Shown here: piece after piece, positions 12,564 to 25,220 of the stretch
Layout: every line of letters begins with the position of its first letter
Numbering within the stretch: the stretch's first letter is position 1
NCBI GenBank assembly: GCA_032718475.1
Contig: JAUCBJ010008910.1
Coordinates: 14,300 to 78,299 of the forward strand
Reading direction: 5' to 3'
Length of the DNA stretch: 64,000 nt
Source: Nemertoderma westbladi
Lineage: Eukaryota; Animalia; Xenacoelomorpha
Program-made: the position numbers and the translations under genes
The notes under the pieces: generated by a model
What the model was told of the DNA's origin: nothing
Seen by the model: only the letters and a program-made list of their open reading frames with translations
Databases searched by the model: none

Positions 12564-13042
12564 TATCTCTCAATTAAAAGAGGGGAAAAACTAGGGGTTT
12601 TTATTCGATGTCCATGTGACGCCGTGACGCGCTCACACTGATGATATATATATATATATATATTATTTATTGACAAAAGTTGTAGAATATAAATGATAAA
12701 TAAAGAGAGCACAAAAGAATAAACAATTTCTATCAAAATATCAAAGATATGCTCACCACAAACATTCTGTCCATCGCACACATTGACAATTGCTAAAAAT
12801 ATAGATAATATAACACTTATAGGTATGACGACACTAAGAGATAATTATGTAAATAAATAAATATGAAAATAAATAAATATGTATCTAAATGACGTAAATA
12901 AATAAATAATTTAATAATTACTACTGGAGCAGCGATAAGGCACAATGTATAAGGCTCATTGCTTCATTCCATATACATAGAGCTACCCATACCTTTGCTT
13001 TTATAACTTCTATATATTTTTTGCTACTCCTATCCATGATCC

Positions 13043-13155
13043 TACTGGAAGTCATCAACCTCTCTTATTGATTATTATCAATTGTTGTCAAGTTTCCATC
13101 AACATTGAAAGTCATGAATGTAGTTGATGGATATCTACTACTTCTGCATTCTTGC
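13043..13155 (-). mobile_element. Short degraded RTE family 2 RT fragments
   Basis: Reverse-complement similarity to about 11930-12007 and 11763-11797. Confidence 0.6.
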
Positions 13156-15660
13156 GAAAGTGCCCGCTATCTGTCTCAGAATGGGTGGAGTATTACTCTT
13201 AGCAATGGCAGTAATTTGTTCGAAGGAACATTCATCCTATAGCTAAACAAGACAGAGTAGAGAATGCAGAGAATGCAGAGAATCATAGTCAATTACCTTG
13301 GCTTGGGTAATTACGCAATGTACGCCATATGGGCATACAGGGTATGTATTAACAGTTCCATTTGGGATGTCGTGCTCCAGATATCAAAAGATCTATGTCT
13401 GACGGTAATTGCAACATAAAACTAAGAAAGATCGTAGTCAGCACGTCCTTTAGGGATATGAAATGTTAACTTTGGCTGAAATACACGGTTGTATATAAAA
13501 TGCTGACTTGAGACAATTTTGTTAATGAATAACGAAGATTCTAGGCTCGTAAGTGTCGGGCTACAAACTAATGTACAGCACACCACTTGGTTTGAAACAG
13601 AATGCTAATTGACCCCCAAAGTTTACCTCAATTGATGCAAATAACAATCAGTTCGGTAATACTAATATTAATTGGTCCGCATAATCTCTATATATATCAC
13701 AAACAAATATTTACATAGGTTAATCTTTAAGTATAATATACACGTTCGTGGGGCCATCACGCAGGACGAGGATCAGTTATCAGATACAGATTAAAATTGA
13801 GCAATTCTATCCCAAAATCGGTACTTAAGAAATTAAAATAAATAATTAAGAAAATTTATCCAAACTTTTACTTTAAAAAAAACTTTCGCATTGGCAGCTT
13901 GGCATCGATGTCATACAAGTCCACAGTCAAACTACTCAAAAAATTAAATGCATTCTTCAGTCCTCGGGTCTTGCTCATTGGTTAGTCCAGTTTGCCCGTA
14001 GCGCTTGCACAGAAGAGATACCAAAAGTCGAGGTCACCAACGACACTGCGACAGACAGATGCGGTGGCCTTTGGCCTATATGGCGAGTTGTTTGAGTACC
14101 GGTACATGATATGGCTGAATAGTCGCGAATAACTGAATACTCTGAACTCTGCAACCTGGAAATGCTGGAATGGCTGATGAAAGTGAAATAGGCCTACCAC
14201 ACGTTCCAATGCAGCAAGGGAACATTATTAATTGCTGCATTGTACCGGTATTGCTGAATTTCAAACCCCCTGATATATCCTGCAGTCTTCTAGCAACCAG
14301 CTGATGCCAAGCCTAATAATTTTTGGGTAAATAAATTTATTATAACTGCAATACAGTTACACAGATGCTGCACGAAGACCTCACGCAAATTTAACTTGGA
14401 AAATTTCTAAACTTTTGCCAGACTACATATGTACCATTTGTGTACCGTTTGGATATATTTTATCGAGATTTGGCTGAGTTATTAACGTTTAAAATAGAAC
14501 TACTACTACTACTAGGATCGGCATGCTGCATTGCAGCTGCATTTTTAAGAATGCTGTGCCGGCTTATCGACAAAATTGCACCGCCACAACTCCCTATCAC
14601 CCATGACATTTGCTAGATCATCCGCATCTTCAAGGCCAGTGTCCTTTAAGATGCGTCTCAAGAAAGTCATGGGCTGTCCACCATGCTTATTCACTCCATG
14701 AGGCTGCCAAAGTACAAGATTATGCACTGGCTGGTCCTCACGGCGAAAGCAATGTCCTGCAAAGCGGAGGCGATTTTGTTCTAGTGTCAAGCTTGGGGGA
14801 ACCAATGAGACACCTCCAATGTTATATAGTGTCTGGTTGGAGATGTGTGCATTGTACTTGACACAATGAACCCGGCGTAGCATTCTTGTGAATGTGCCAT
14901 CCAGAGATTGGGTGTCCTCAGCAGTTAGAGCCCAGCATGGACTCCCATAGAGGAGTACTGGAACTACTGCTGCTCTAAATAACCGGACCTTAAGTTTCCG
15001 ATTAATTCTCGGTGACTTCCAAATCCTGGAAAGCCTATTCAAGGCTGCCCATGCCTTTCCCTTACGTATTCGAAGGTCCTCACCTGACTTCCGGATCCAT
15101 GATCCCAGGTAACAGAAGTCATCCACATGCTCAAGCATACCATCTTTTGAGCTTATGCTCATCCGATCAGAGACTTGCTGAGGACTTTCAAAGTTAACTG
15201 TCAAAATTTTGGTCTTTCTGGAGTTAATAAAAAGACCAACACTAGAAGCAGCATGTTCTAATGAACTGAGGAGCCGTTGGGCTCCCTCTAGTGATTCTGA
15301 GAGTACTCCTAAGTCATCAGCAAAGTCTAGATCAGTTAGGTACTTGGCAGGATTTCCTCGACTTCTGGAGCCAGTAGGTGGAGTTATCAGCACCCCATCA
15401 TCATTATGATGATCTAAGGACATGTGTAGAACATAGTCAACAACAATTATGAACAAGAATGGTGCAAGTGTGTCTCCCTGGAGGACGCCCCATAACACTT
15501 CAAATGGTTCTGTGTCACCGTCAACAGTAGACACAAATGTTGTCGAACCATCGTATACTGATCTGATTGCTGCAATAATTTCATTAGGAATCCCATATAA
15601 TGAAAGTATGCTGAACATATGTGAGCGAGAGACTGAATCAAAGGCCTTGAAGAAGTCAAC

Positions 15661-17769
15661 TGAAAAGTCCAGTAGTATACCACCTACCGGATCCTAGTAA
15701 CGATGTACCTTACTGTAAGATCTAGTAGTGTATACGGGCTCGTACAGTATCTGACAATATATCCCAGTCCAGGGTGTCTAAATAAACAGATACGAATACG
15801 CGAACAACTACTGGCAAGGAACAGAGCCTGGTGTCTATTCTAATACGTGGGCGAGTCAAATGCCCGGGCGAACTAGACAAAACAGGATACCCGTCCTCTA
15901 ACCGGTGAGGCAGATGTACAGTCTACGGTGACAGACCAAACTCACGGGAAAACAATCCCCGCGCAGCGAATCCTAACTATCGCTAACGGACCTAAATACC
16001 GTAAACTTGCCGCGGTGTGATTTATATGGTTTGTATACGAGCTAGAGGATTAACAGACTAGCGTAACAATGCTACTAACAAACGGTAGCAGTCAAAAGGG
16101 GGTAGTACCTAAAGTAACAATACTGCTGACAGGGGCAAAGCAGTCAAAGGGGTGCATGCCATCTAAAATACTTGCCGTAAAACTAAATACTAAATATCTC
16201 CTAAAGTTACAAATACGAATGGTAGAACTGCAGAATAAATCCTATTTAAAGTAACCTAAAGTAATCTAGTAGCTGGCAGGTCTCGAAGGGGAGTATATAT
16301 GTTTTAGGACGTGTGTGTGTGTTACAAATAAAACAATTTTGGTGTATCGCCGTCGTACTAGGTTTCGGTGATTTCTGACCAAAAACAATACCGGGCGCTA
16401 GCTACTAAAATAAGCTAGTCGCGCTCTGTAGGGCTTAATACTTACAAATGACGTCAAAGCTCTCTCCTTCCTATCCACAACTCAACCGGGCAATTACGGT
16501 GTTAGTAACTACACCCGTGATTGGCACAAATACCAGATTCTGGTTGTAAGATAAGAAATAGGTGTTAATTGCTACCGTACGTTAGCTGATCTGGTATACA
16601 ATTTGATTCTAGAATTTTGTTGCTGCGGTGGTTAGCAGCAAATACCTATCAGTACGTGGCAAGGCGCGGTAGGATATTAATAAACCTCCCTAGGCCAAGC
16701 GAAGTGCTGGTAGCAGAAAGCTGCTCCTTGCCTGATCAAATATTTCGGGCTCAGACAGGGGTGGGCAAATGTATAAAATACAAAGTGAACCGGTACAGAA
16801 CTGTCAGTACTGCAAATCACCAAATTATGGAACTTGTGCTGTCTGCACCTAAAGTGTACTTGCACGTACTGACGAACAGCAATAGTTCACACCTGTAGGA
16901 GATACAGGTTAATCCGGGTATTTTGCTTGTTTGCTCCTGTCTAAGTATAAAATATTCGATCCTAAATTTTACGGTGTCCCAGGACGGCGTCACGCTTACC
17001 CTGATCTATAGGTCTTACTGCGGGCAAGGGCATCAAACAAAGTCTTACCTTCCTCTGAAGTGGGCACTGTATGGCAAAGGGGCATGCTTCGAACGGGCGC
17101 GCGGGCAAATCTAATGTGGGCGCTTAGCGTGTTGTGGACATCTTTCCCTGCGTTGCTGATGGCCTAACGGTTTAGGCAGCCATCTCCCAAATGTTTGGCT
17201 GTCCCAAAGGTGGACGAGACAAAATATACATGTTCAAAGTTTACAGTATATTTACGTAATTTACAAAGATATATCAAACAAATTTACTAATAAGTTTCAA
17301 CAAGAAACTAACAAATGTAACTAGTGAGAGTGTTATTAGAAATAACAAGAGTGATAACCGAAGGCAAACCAGCCCTTATATAGTAAATCTGGGACATAGA
17401 ATCCGCTAGAACCTTCCAGAGCATTCCATGGCCTCACATTGGAGCAATAAGATGTTCCATGCCCTATGATTGGCCCAACTCATCGTTCCATACGTTGTAC
17501 GCACCTCATTGGTTTATCAAATTAGATCAAATGAAAATAAATTGCCCAAAAATGCAAATTTCCCGACTGGGATTCAAACTCGTAACCTATCTGTAATGTA
17601 AGCAACGCCTTAACCATCTGACCACTGCGCCATTAGATTACCTACGGGTTTTATGTGTACCAATATGAATAGGCATATTACATTACTGTAATTTAATCAA
17701 AATGCGTCGGATTTTAGAAAGTTTTTACGTTAAACTACAAATGCTACTTTATAGTGAAATAATCCATCA
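15661..17769 (-). repeat. BEL-1 3' LTR (2109 bp)
   Basis: Direct repeat of 33881-35987 with scattered substitutions. Ends TGAAAAG...TCCATCA on the + strand. Confidence 0.96.
17561..17631 (-). ncRNA. tRNA-like Pol III cassette in the 3' LTR (B box mutated to GTTTGAATCC)
   Basis: Same segment as 35779-35849. Confidence 0.5.
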
Positions 17770-18523
17770 CCGCTCCATGAAAACAGTAAGTAAGACTGTT
17801 TTCACCAATCGAAATATAAACTATTTACAAATATCTCTTAGGTCTAATATTGGGGCCTAAAATATAAAATAATCACTACCTAATTATTGCAAACTTAATA
17901 TTGCAGGTACGGCGTAAATACAATCTATCATACATACAAAATACAAATTTACCAATTAACTTTAGTGCATAAATAAAATACAAAAAAAAGAGGGCTTTTC
18001 GGTTATCAAAATGAACAAATTAAACAAATTAGAACAAATCAAAACAAATAATTCCAAAGCTTTCAATAATCTTTCATATATTACAAATATACATAAAAAA
18101 TTCACCAAATTAAATCAGTCCAATATAAACAAACATAATGCGCTAATAACTTCCAAGTAAGTCTTAAAGTGTCCTCCTGACGAACTTAAAAGTTCGTCCT
18201 GCTGGTCTGGATATTGCTAATCGCTAACGGTAGGCTCGCATGCCTTCCTTCTCTATCTCGCTCCTCCAAACTGAACATCCAAACGCAACGTCCAATATAA
18301 CGTCCAATATAAATACCAAATATAATATTCAAATATAAATACCCAAATATAATATCCAATCGGTAGGCTCGCAAGCCTTCCTTCCTTCATCTCGCTCTCC
18401 TAATCCTTGGTCGAACGGGCTCGTCCACGTCCTCTAATACGATTGGGTGGTGGTCGGGATCGAACTGGACTCTGACTTCGGTGTCGAGCTATCGGTGGTT
18501 CCTACGTCGAGTTGCCTGCGGTT

Positions 18524-19014
18524 CTAGAATACCGGGAAATGAAACGACCGCCTTCTTGGTAACGAGGACTTTGGTGGTTTGGGCAATGCGCTAATATCGG
18601 CTCGGGGTTCTCCGGGTTCAAGCGCATAGGAATCGCGTTGTCTTGCTCACACATCCTCCACATTTATAGAACAGTTTATAAATGGAGAACGCTTCCTTAG
18701 TTTCCGGATCCGCTCCTCGGGCGCGTCTATAAAGATCATATCTCTGTGTCTCGGGTCCTCGCAAACGTTGCTGGCGTCGCATAACGGATCGTAGGAGTAC
18801 AACGCTTTGAACTCCGCGCGTAACTCCTCCGCTCTTTTGTTATAAGCGTCCAATCGCTGTCGCGTAATGTTTGGATCCGCCTTGGACTTAGCGAGCTTGG
18901 CTGTACTCCTAGCCATACTCCCCACTCCAGACACGTTAAAGTTTTGGCCCCATATTGGTTGAACGGCGCCTGGTGCTCCTATTCCTGCGTGAATCCCTGT
19001 ATATAGTGTTTCTA
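18524..19014 (-). CDS. Putative spliced accessory exon of BEL-1, unknown product (not env-like)
   Basis: ORF 18647-19027 has no initiating ATG but opens at branch point CTAAC + polypyrimidine tract + TAG. The frame stays open for 40 more codons past a single TGA. Confidence 0.5.
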
Positions 19015-19717
19015 CTAGAGGAAGCACAAACAGAGGTTAGATGTGAGGAGACTTAGAATTTTGTCGGCTTTTGGCTCAACTTTGTTCAAAAACCCCTACC
19101 CATTTGCCTAATGACTTTGGGTTTCGTGTGATTTCGCACTGGCTCCTAATCGAAAATATGTGCCGATAAAAAACGAATTCCGGGTAAACTAGCCGCGAGT
19201 CTAAAATACTCTTTTACTACTTTTAATTTCCCAAACTACATTCCAAAGAAAATAATGCAGTCGAGAATTAATTTGGTCTAAATAATAGTAGACACGACTA
19301 CGTAGAACAAGGCCGATTTTCTTTTCCAAAAAAATTTATCGGTAGGCTCGCAAGCCTTCCATCTGCTCTTGTCCTCCCCAATTTTAATTTTTATCTAGCT
19401 GTATTCTAGAATTCGCATTCACTGGAGAATCATTTTTCTTAAATTTAAATCCAACTAAATGGATTTGTCTAATAATTTTTGAAAAATTGTCTCACTTGTG
19501 GGTTCCAAGTGGAATTCCATTCCTACTGTACACACAATCCCGCTCCTTTGTGATACATAAGGGTACTACCCTCCATGTTCATATATAAAGATAATGGAAT
19601 TCCACCGCTGTCTCTATCTACAGTGAAGAGGAATACAAATGCACATACAGTAATACAAAATACTAAATTACTAAAATATGGTAAGTCTATGTGGTGGCCA
19701 TCGAGGGTCCCACGTCT

Positions 19718-20992
19718 CTATTTACTAAGGTTGGGTGGAGATTTGTAGTCTTCTGTCTCGTTTCTAGTCTCCTCAAGGAGCACGAGACGTTGTACACGCC
19801 TATCTACGGTACGTCCGTCAATAGTCCGTACAGTAACTGTCCTTACTACACCAGATGTAGGGTGCGTGGTCAAAATGACTCCCGTCAGCCAAAACCATCT
19901 TTTCAGATTGGCTTCAGCCAATAAAACATGGTCACCTCGTCTCAAACATCGGGTATTAAGATACCAAGAGGTTCTGGTCGAAATAAAGGGCAAATAATGC
20001 TTCTGCCATATTTCCCAGAATTTGTTGGCTATCAGCTGAGTGATTTTCCAAGCTTTGTTGCCGTATCCGTCGCTATCGACAGGTACCGAAGTGGGCAACA
20101 ATGTCGTCGGCGCCTGCATTAGCAGGTGCGCTGGTGTCAAGGCAAACTGTGCGTCGTTATTGTCTGGGATCAAAGCGATCGGTCTAGTGTTCAAAACCGC
20201 TTCGATTTCTATTAACAACGTCGTCAGTTGGTCGTCTGTTAGTATGTGTTGCGTCGGTATTACTTTTGCCATAGCCGTCTTGATTGAGCCAATCAGCCTT
20301 TCCCAAACGCCGCCTCTCCACGGACTGTCAGGAGTGTTAAAGTTCCAAACAATACGGTGAGGACGTAGTTCCTCGGAAATCTGGTCTTGGTCCAACTTCC
20401 TTAAAGCTCTGGTTATTTCATTCCGTGCACCCACAAAATTAGTCCCTTGGTCGCAATAAATGGATTTGACCAATCCACGTCTAGCGATAAATCGCCGTAA
20501 GGCTAGGATAAAGGCGTTGGCGGTCAAGTCTGTCACACGCTCAATATGGACAGCTCTGCTGGCCATGCAAGTGAAGATCAATCCCCAACGTTTTACCTGT
20601 ACCCTTCCGTGTTTCGCGATTATGGGTCCAAAACAGTCTATCCCTGTCTCAGTGAAAGGGGGTCTAAAAGCCTGTAATCTTGCTAGTGGTAGTTCACTCA
20701 TTTCTTGGTGTCCTATCCTCGCGTGCACCTTCTTACAAATTATACAGTTCCGTGTTACCGAACTCAGTGCCTTGCTAGGCCTAATCAGTACAAACCTCGA
20801 TCGTAAGTGTGATAGGCAGTGATGTCTACCCACGTGTTTGAGTCGTACATGTGCGTCCAGTATCATAGCGCGCTGTAACTCATGGTGTTGCGGTATGATG
20901 ATAGGATACCTAAAGTCAAGTGCAAAGTCAATGTTCTGGAGTCTGGACTTGTGACAAAGTAAGCCCCTGTAAATAATCGGACTCCAACTCAA
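19718..20992 (-). CDS. BEL-1 integrase (HHCC + DDE + C-terminal DUF5641-like)
   Basis: DAHVRLKH..CIIC, GIDCFGP, CDQGTNF, WRGGVWERLIG, FWEIWQKHYL. Fragment of the disrupted polyprotein. Confidence 0.93.
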   Translation of the reverse strand: MSWSPIIYRGLLCHKSRLQNIDFALDFRYPIIIPQHHELQRAMILDAHVRLKHVGRHHCLSHLRSRFVLIRPSKALSSVTRNCIICKKVHARIGHQEMSELPLARLQAFRPPFTETGIDCFGPIIAKHGRVQVKRWGLIFTCMASRAVHIERVTDLTANAFILALRRFIARRGLVKSIYCDQGTNFVGARNEITRALRKLDQDQISEELRPHRIVWNFNTPDSPWRGGVWERLIGSIKTAMAKVIPTQHILTDDQLTTLLIEIEAVLNTRPIALIPDNNDAQFALTPAHLLMQAPTTLLPTSVPVDSDGYGNKAWKITQLIANKFWEIWQKHYLPFISTRTSWYLNTRCLRRGDHVLLAEANLKRWFWLTGVILTTHPTSGVVRTVTVRTIDGRTVDRRVQRLVLLEETRNETEDYKSPPNLSK

Positions 20993-21040
20993 AATCGGTG
21001 AAGACTTGATCTGTTTACCCTGATTGATCGCTGTGAACTC

Positions 21041-24000
21041 TCATGCGAAATATTGCAATTGATAATGTTTTATAATATCAACTTCACAAAGACCAACTTC
21101 CTCTAAGGTAAGTCTTCTAGGAAAGTCGCGTTTGCCTCTGGCATATTGTCTCAAACGTTTGAGCCATGCTAACTTGCGGCACGTGTCAGTCCATGATCTA
21201 GTTAGGTTTACTATCCTGTCAACGTAAGTGTTAGTGGCGTCATCAGGTGAGGTATAGTCGTAATGTGGATACTTGTTTGGACTTGGTAGGCCCGCAGGCC
21301 TTCCGGTAGGTGTCTCCCTTTGTACAATAGGTTTGTCTGAGTCCTCAAGTATGTCAATCTCCACGGTCTTACCTCTACCGTCCGCACCTAGTGAATTGAC
21401 TGGCAGTAATGGTTTCAACTCTACAGTGCTAGTGTGTTCCTGTGAGCTTGTAAGCTTCCTAACCTTAGTCACACGCTTACCTGTAGGTGGTAAGTCAAGT
21501 ATTTTCTTTGAGTGGAGTTTGATCGCTGTGGCCACACCTTCGTCATCCAAAGAAGTCAAATTCGGAAAGTTGTTAATACCTAATGGGTGTGTACTAGTCC
21601 GCTCCAATGAATTCATTGCATCCTTGCAGTACACGTCGTCTAGTAGACAGTCTGGTGAAACGTCCGGTGAACAGTCTGGTGAGACGTCTAGTGAGACATA
21701 GCGCGGAACATCCGGCGAAATGTCCTGTCATCGGTCCCAAAGAAAGTCAGGCGTAGCTTCTGTCAGAAAGTCTGGTCTAAAGTCTGGTGGACAGTCTGTC
21801 GAGATGTCTGGTGGAAAGTCTGAAGAAATGTCCGGTAGACAATCCGTCGAGAGTTCCATAAAACAATCTGGCGAATAATCCGGAGAACAATCTGGTGTCG
21901 CTTATGGTGAATAATGTGGCAAGTCATCTGGTGAACAATCCGGCGAAATGTCTGGTAAAATCTCCCGCGGAACATCCGGTGAAAGATTCATATGAGCGTC
22001 TGGTCGAGATTCTGGTGAGAAGTCTGGCGTAATGTCAGGTCTAGCGTCCAGGTCATCAGATTTCGTCCGTCCTTGTTTCCTCTTGACCTTGGCGTTGCCT
22101 TTCGCTTTAGATTTGACAACTGTGTCGATTTTTATCTCGGCACCCTCTGGTATGGTATTGGTTGTCGCGTCGAATAACAGTGGCCATTCGTCTGATGGTC
22201 GCTGTAGGAAATCGGGTCCTCTAAACCAAAAGGATTTATTGTCCGGTTTACAAAAATCGATTGGTAGCATCCCCCATGACACAATGTCAGCTGGGTTCAG
22301 CTTCCCTGGACAGTGACACCAATCTTGTTTGAGCGACCGGTCCAATATTTCAGCCCGTCTGTTGGCTACGAAAGTCTTGAACTTGAATGTTTCATTGTTT
22401 ATGTACCAAAGTACCAACATCGCATCCGTCCAATATGTGACCTTCAAGTTAGCCTCCAGCTCGCGTTGAACTAAACTGACAATATCGGTGGATATCGTCC
22501 CGGCTTACAGCTCTCCACAAGGTACAGTCATATACTTCAACGGCATTGTTCTAGCCCTTGAAGTAACGAGAGACACTTCATAGCTGTCCCATGTCACTTG
22601 TCGTCTAAGGTACAAATTAACTCCCAGTCCATCCTTACTAGCATCACTGAAGCTGTGAAGCTCTAAATCGGCAGGAAAGGTGGTCTGCAAAGGAAAGTAT
22701 ACCCTTGGTATGGTATAGTCTTGTAGGAACGTCAGTTGGGCTTCCCAGTCCCTCCATTGCTCAGCTAACTTTTCTGGGATGGGATCGTCCCATTCCAGTC
22801 CGGCTTGCCAAATGCTGCGGAGTATGATCCTAGCATGTAGGATCACTGGACTAATGAAACACAATGGGTCATACAATTGACTCATGGTCGATAAGCAAGT
22901 CCTCTTAGTGAGAGGTCTAGTCTGGTCGATGGACCTTACACGTACCCTAAAATTGTCGGTGTTTGGGTCCCAACTAAGTCCTAATACTTTGGTTGTAGGT
23001 AGAGGTTCTAGGTCTAAGTCTAAATCACCTCCACTGCGATCCATCGGGTCAAATGAGTTCACTAGTTTGGGTTCGTTGGAAGCGAACTTCGTAAGGCGGA
23101 ATCCGCCCTCAGCGAGACAATCTTGGAGTTGGTGTGCTACAGTCGTAGCGCGCTCCAGAGTGTCACAACTCTTGACGCCGTCATCCACGTAGAAATCTCG
23201 TTCCACTGTCCGAGCTACTTCTGGGTCAAATTGGTCTTGTCTGTCTAGTGCTGTCTGCTTTAAGGCGTACATGGTGCAGTTGGGGCTGTCCCTGGCTCCG
23301 AAAACTCTTACCTGCATTTGATAAGTTTCTGGCGGAATTTCTAAATTTCTGTCCGGATACCAAAGAAACCTCAAGCTGTCCCTGTCCCGCTCCAAAGCCT
23401 TAACCTGGTGAAAACCTGGTGAAACATGGCCTCTACGTCACAGGTGAAGGCCACTTTGTGTTGTCTAAAACGCATTAGGACTCCCATGAGGTAATTATTC
23501 ATATTCGGCCTGACCATCAGTTCGCTGTTCATAGACATCCCTTGGTAAAGCGCGGTGCAGTCGTTGACTATACGCACCTTGCCAGGTTTGTCCGGGTGTC
23601 GAACAAAATGATGTGGCAGGTAATACGTCTGATCTGTGGTTACCTCGGGATTTAACATCCTAATGGCGTATCCCTTTTGGAGATACGCCTGAAGTTGCGC
23701 ATTGTATTGCATATGGGCCGTCTCATTACGCAACAATCGCTGCCTTATTGATTTGAGTCGCCTCAAAGCAAGCGGGTAGTTGTTAACGAGCTTAGGTTGT
23801 CCATTGCGCCAGAACATGCCAACTTCATAGTGGCCATTCGCGGTCTGGCGAATGGTATCTTTCATAATATTTAATGACCGTTTTTCCTGTTCTGACATAG
23901 CGGTCTCGTAACTACCGGGTTCTGCTGAGTCCTGTTCTAACCATTTAATGGTCCATTCAGTCAGCAGTCGGTCAAGAGCTGCTTGCACTGCGCCATGGTC

Positions 24001-25054
24001 CTCATCCACGTCTTCGTCCGCTGTGGTGGCTAGTGTCAATGTGTCTGGTAGGCTCGCAAGCCTTCCGGTGTCACTAGTTGGCGTCGAATCGTCGTGTGGT
24101 GGTTTGACAACCTTCTGATCTGTCGGGAGGCTCGCAAGCCTTCCTAGATCAATGACCGGTGTCGAAGCCTGGTGGGTGGGGTCAATCACCTTCGGATTTT
24201 TCGGTAGGCTCGCAAGCCTTCCAAAACCCTCGTTCATAAAGTCATCCACAGCAACAACCCTTTGGTCTTTAGTAGTCAATACAACCTGGTTTACTGCAAG
24301 TAGTTGTAAGTCAGAGGTCCGTGTGGTCATGTCCAGATCAGTTACGTCAGTATCAGTTACGTCTGCGTTAGCGACGCAAGTCTGTCGTAGTGCAGTCTGT
24401 ACAATTGGACCACAGGAGTGTGAAGGATAATTATCTATCGTGGTAGTCAATAAACTACACGTACTCAAAACGTCGTCCTCCTGGTCACTTACCTCTAGTG
24501 AACGCACTGGTGCTCTAGTATACCAACCTATGGGAGTTCTACATGCAAAGGGGTTGCCCGCTGTAATAACAGATGGGCGTGTCTCCCATACCTGATGTAA
24601 GTTAAACTGGTCTGTCCCAATCAACATCGCGATTGAGTGATAATTAACAGGACATTCCGGTATTCCAAGGTGTCAGAAATACTTACAATCTTCCGGTGAT
24701 TGCTCTGGTACAGGGCCGAGCAAGTTACTAAAGTCCTTCGTAGCTGCAAAGGTCAAATTTCTTACCGGAAGTAATGAGCGCTCCTCCTTGCTGTGTTCCG
24801 CTTTGGAAAGTGTCTAAGGTTAGTTTTACTCTCGTCACAGGAATCACTCTCTTACCATGCATGCTGCTTACAGTATACTGAGCAGTCTTACCTTCACTCA
24901 TGTCCGTAACCACATCAGCTACTTGTTCGTCGACGTAACTATGCGATGACGCAGAGTCTAAGATAGTGCATATACGCTTACTCCCTCGGGTTCCAGTAAT
25001 CTTTATAGGAATCACGCTAAACCCTTTTAATTGGTTCTACGTGAGGAGTGTTAC
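21041..25054 (-). pseudogene. BEL-1 protease-RT-RNase H-linker, with stops and frameshifts
   Basis: ILDSASSHSY (PR); YYLPHH, KVRIVND, CDVEAMFHQV, FYVDD (RT); LHSFSDAS, YWTDA, FVANR, NPAD (Pao RNase H). Confidence 0.92.
21640..22045 (-). repeat. Degenerate 12-bp (SPDx-like tetrapeptide) repeat in the RH-IN linker
   Basis: PDITPDFSPESRPD..LSPDVPREILPDISPDCSPDD. Confidence 0.75.
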
Positions 25055-25220
25055 CGATGTATAAGAACTGAATAGCGTTTTTCTGTAAGCTCTATTATTC
25101 TCTCTTTCTACCTTATACATACAGATACAATGTCATCGTTCAAACTTCCCTCCACCATATATCTAGTATATTAGTATATCCCCCCCCCAGTTCTATAGAA
25201 CTCAATAACCATAATCTTAT

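Noticed and set aside
16069-17114. ORFs inside the BEL-1 LTR
   Set aside because: Short, antisense and motif-free. 16069-16254 and 16617-16898 are disrupted in the other LTR.
18647-19027. Envelope gene
   Set aside because: Too short, with no signal peptide or transmembrane segment.
24047-24222. 20-bp palindromic repeats with 58-bp gaps as a mini-CRISPR
   Set aside because: The gaps resemble each other (78-bp in-frame tandem duplication within pol). Treated instead as part of the dispersed hairpin finding.
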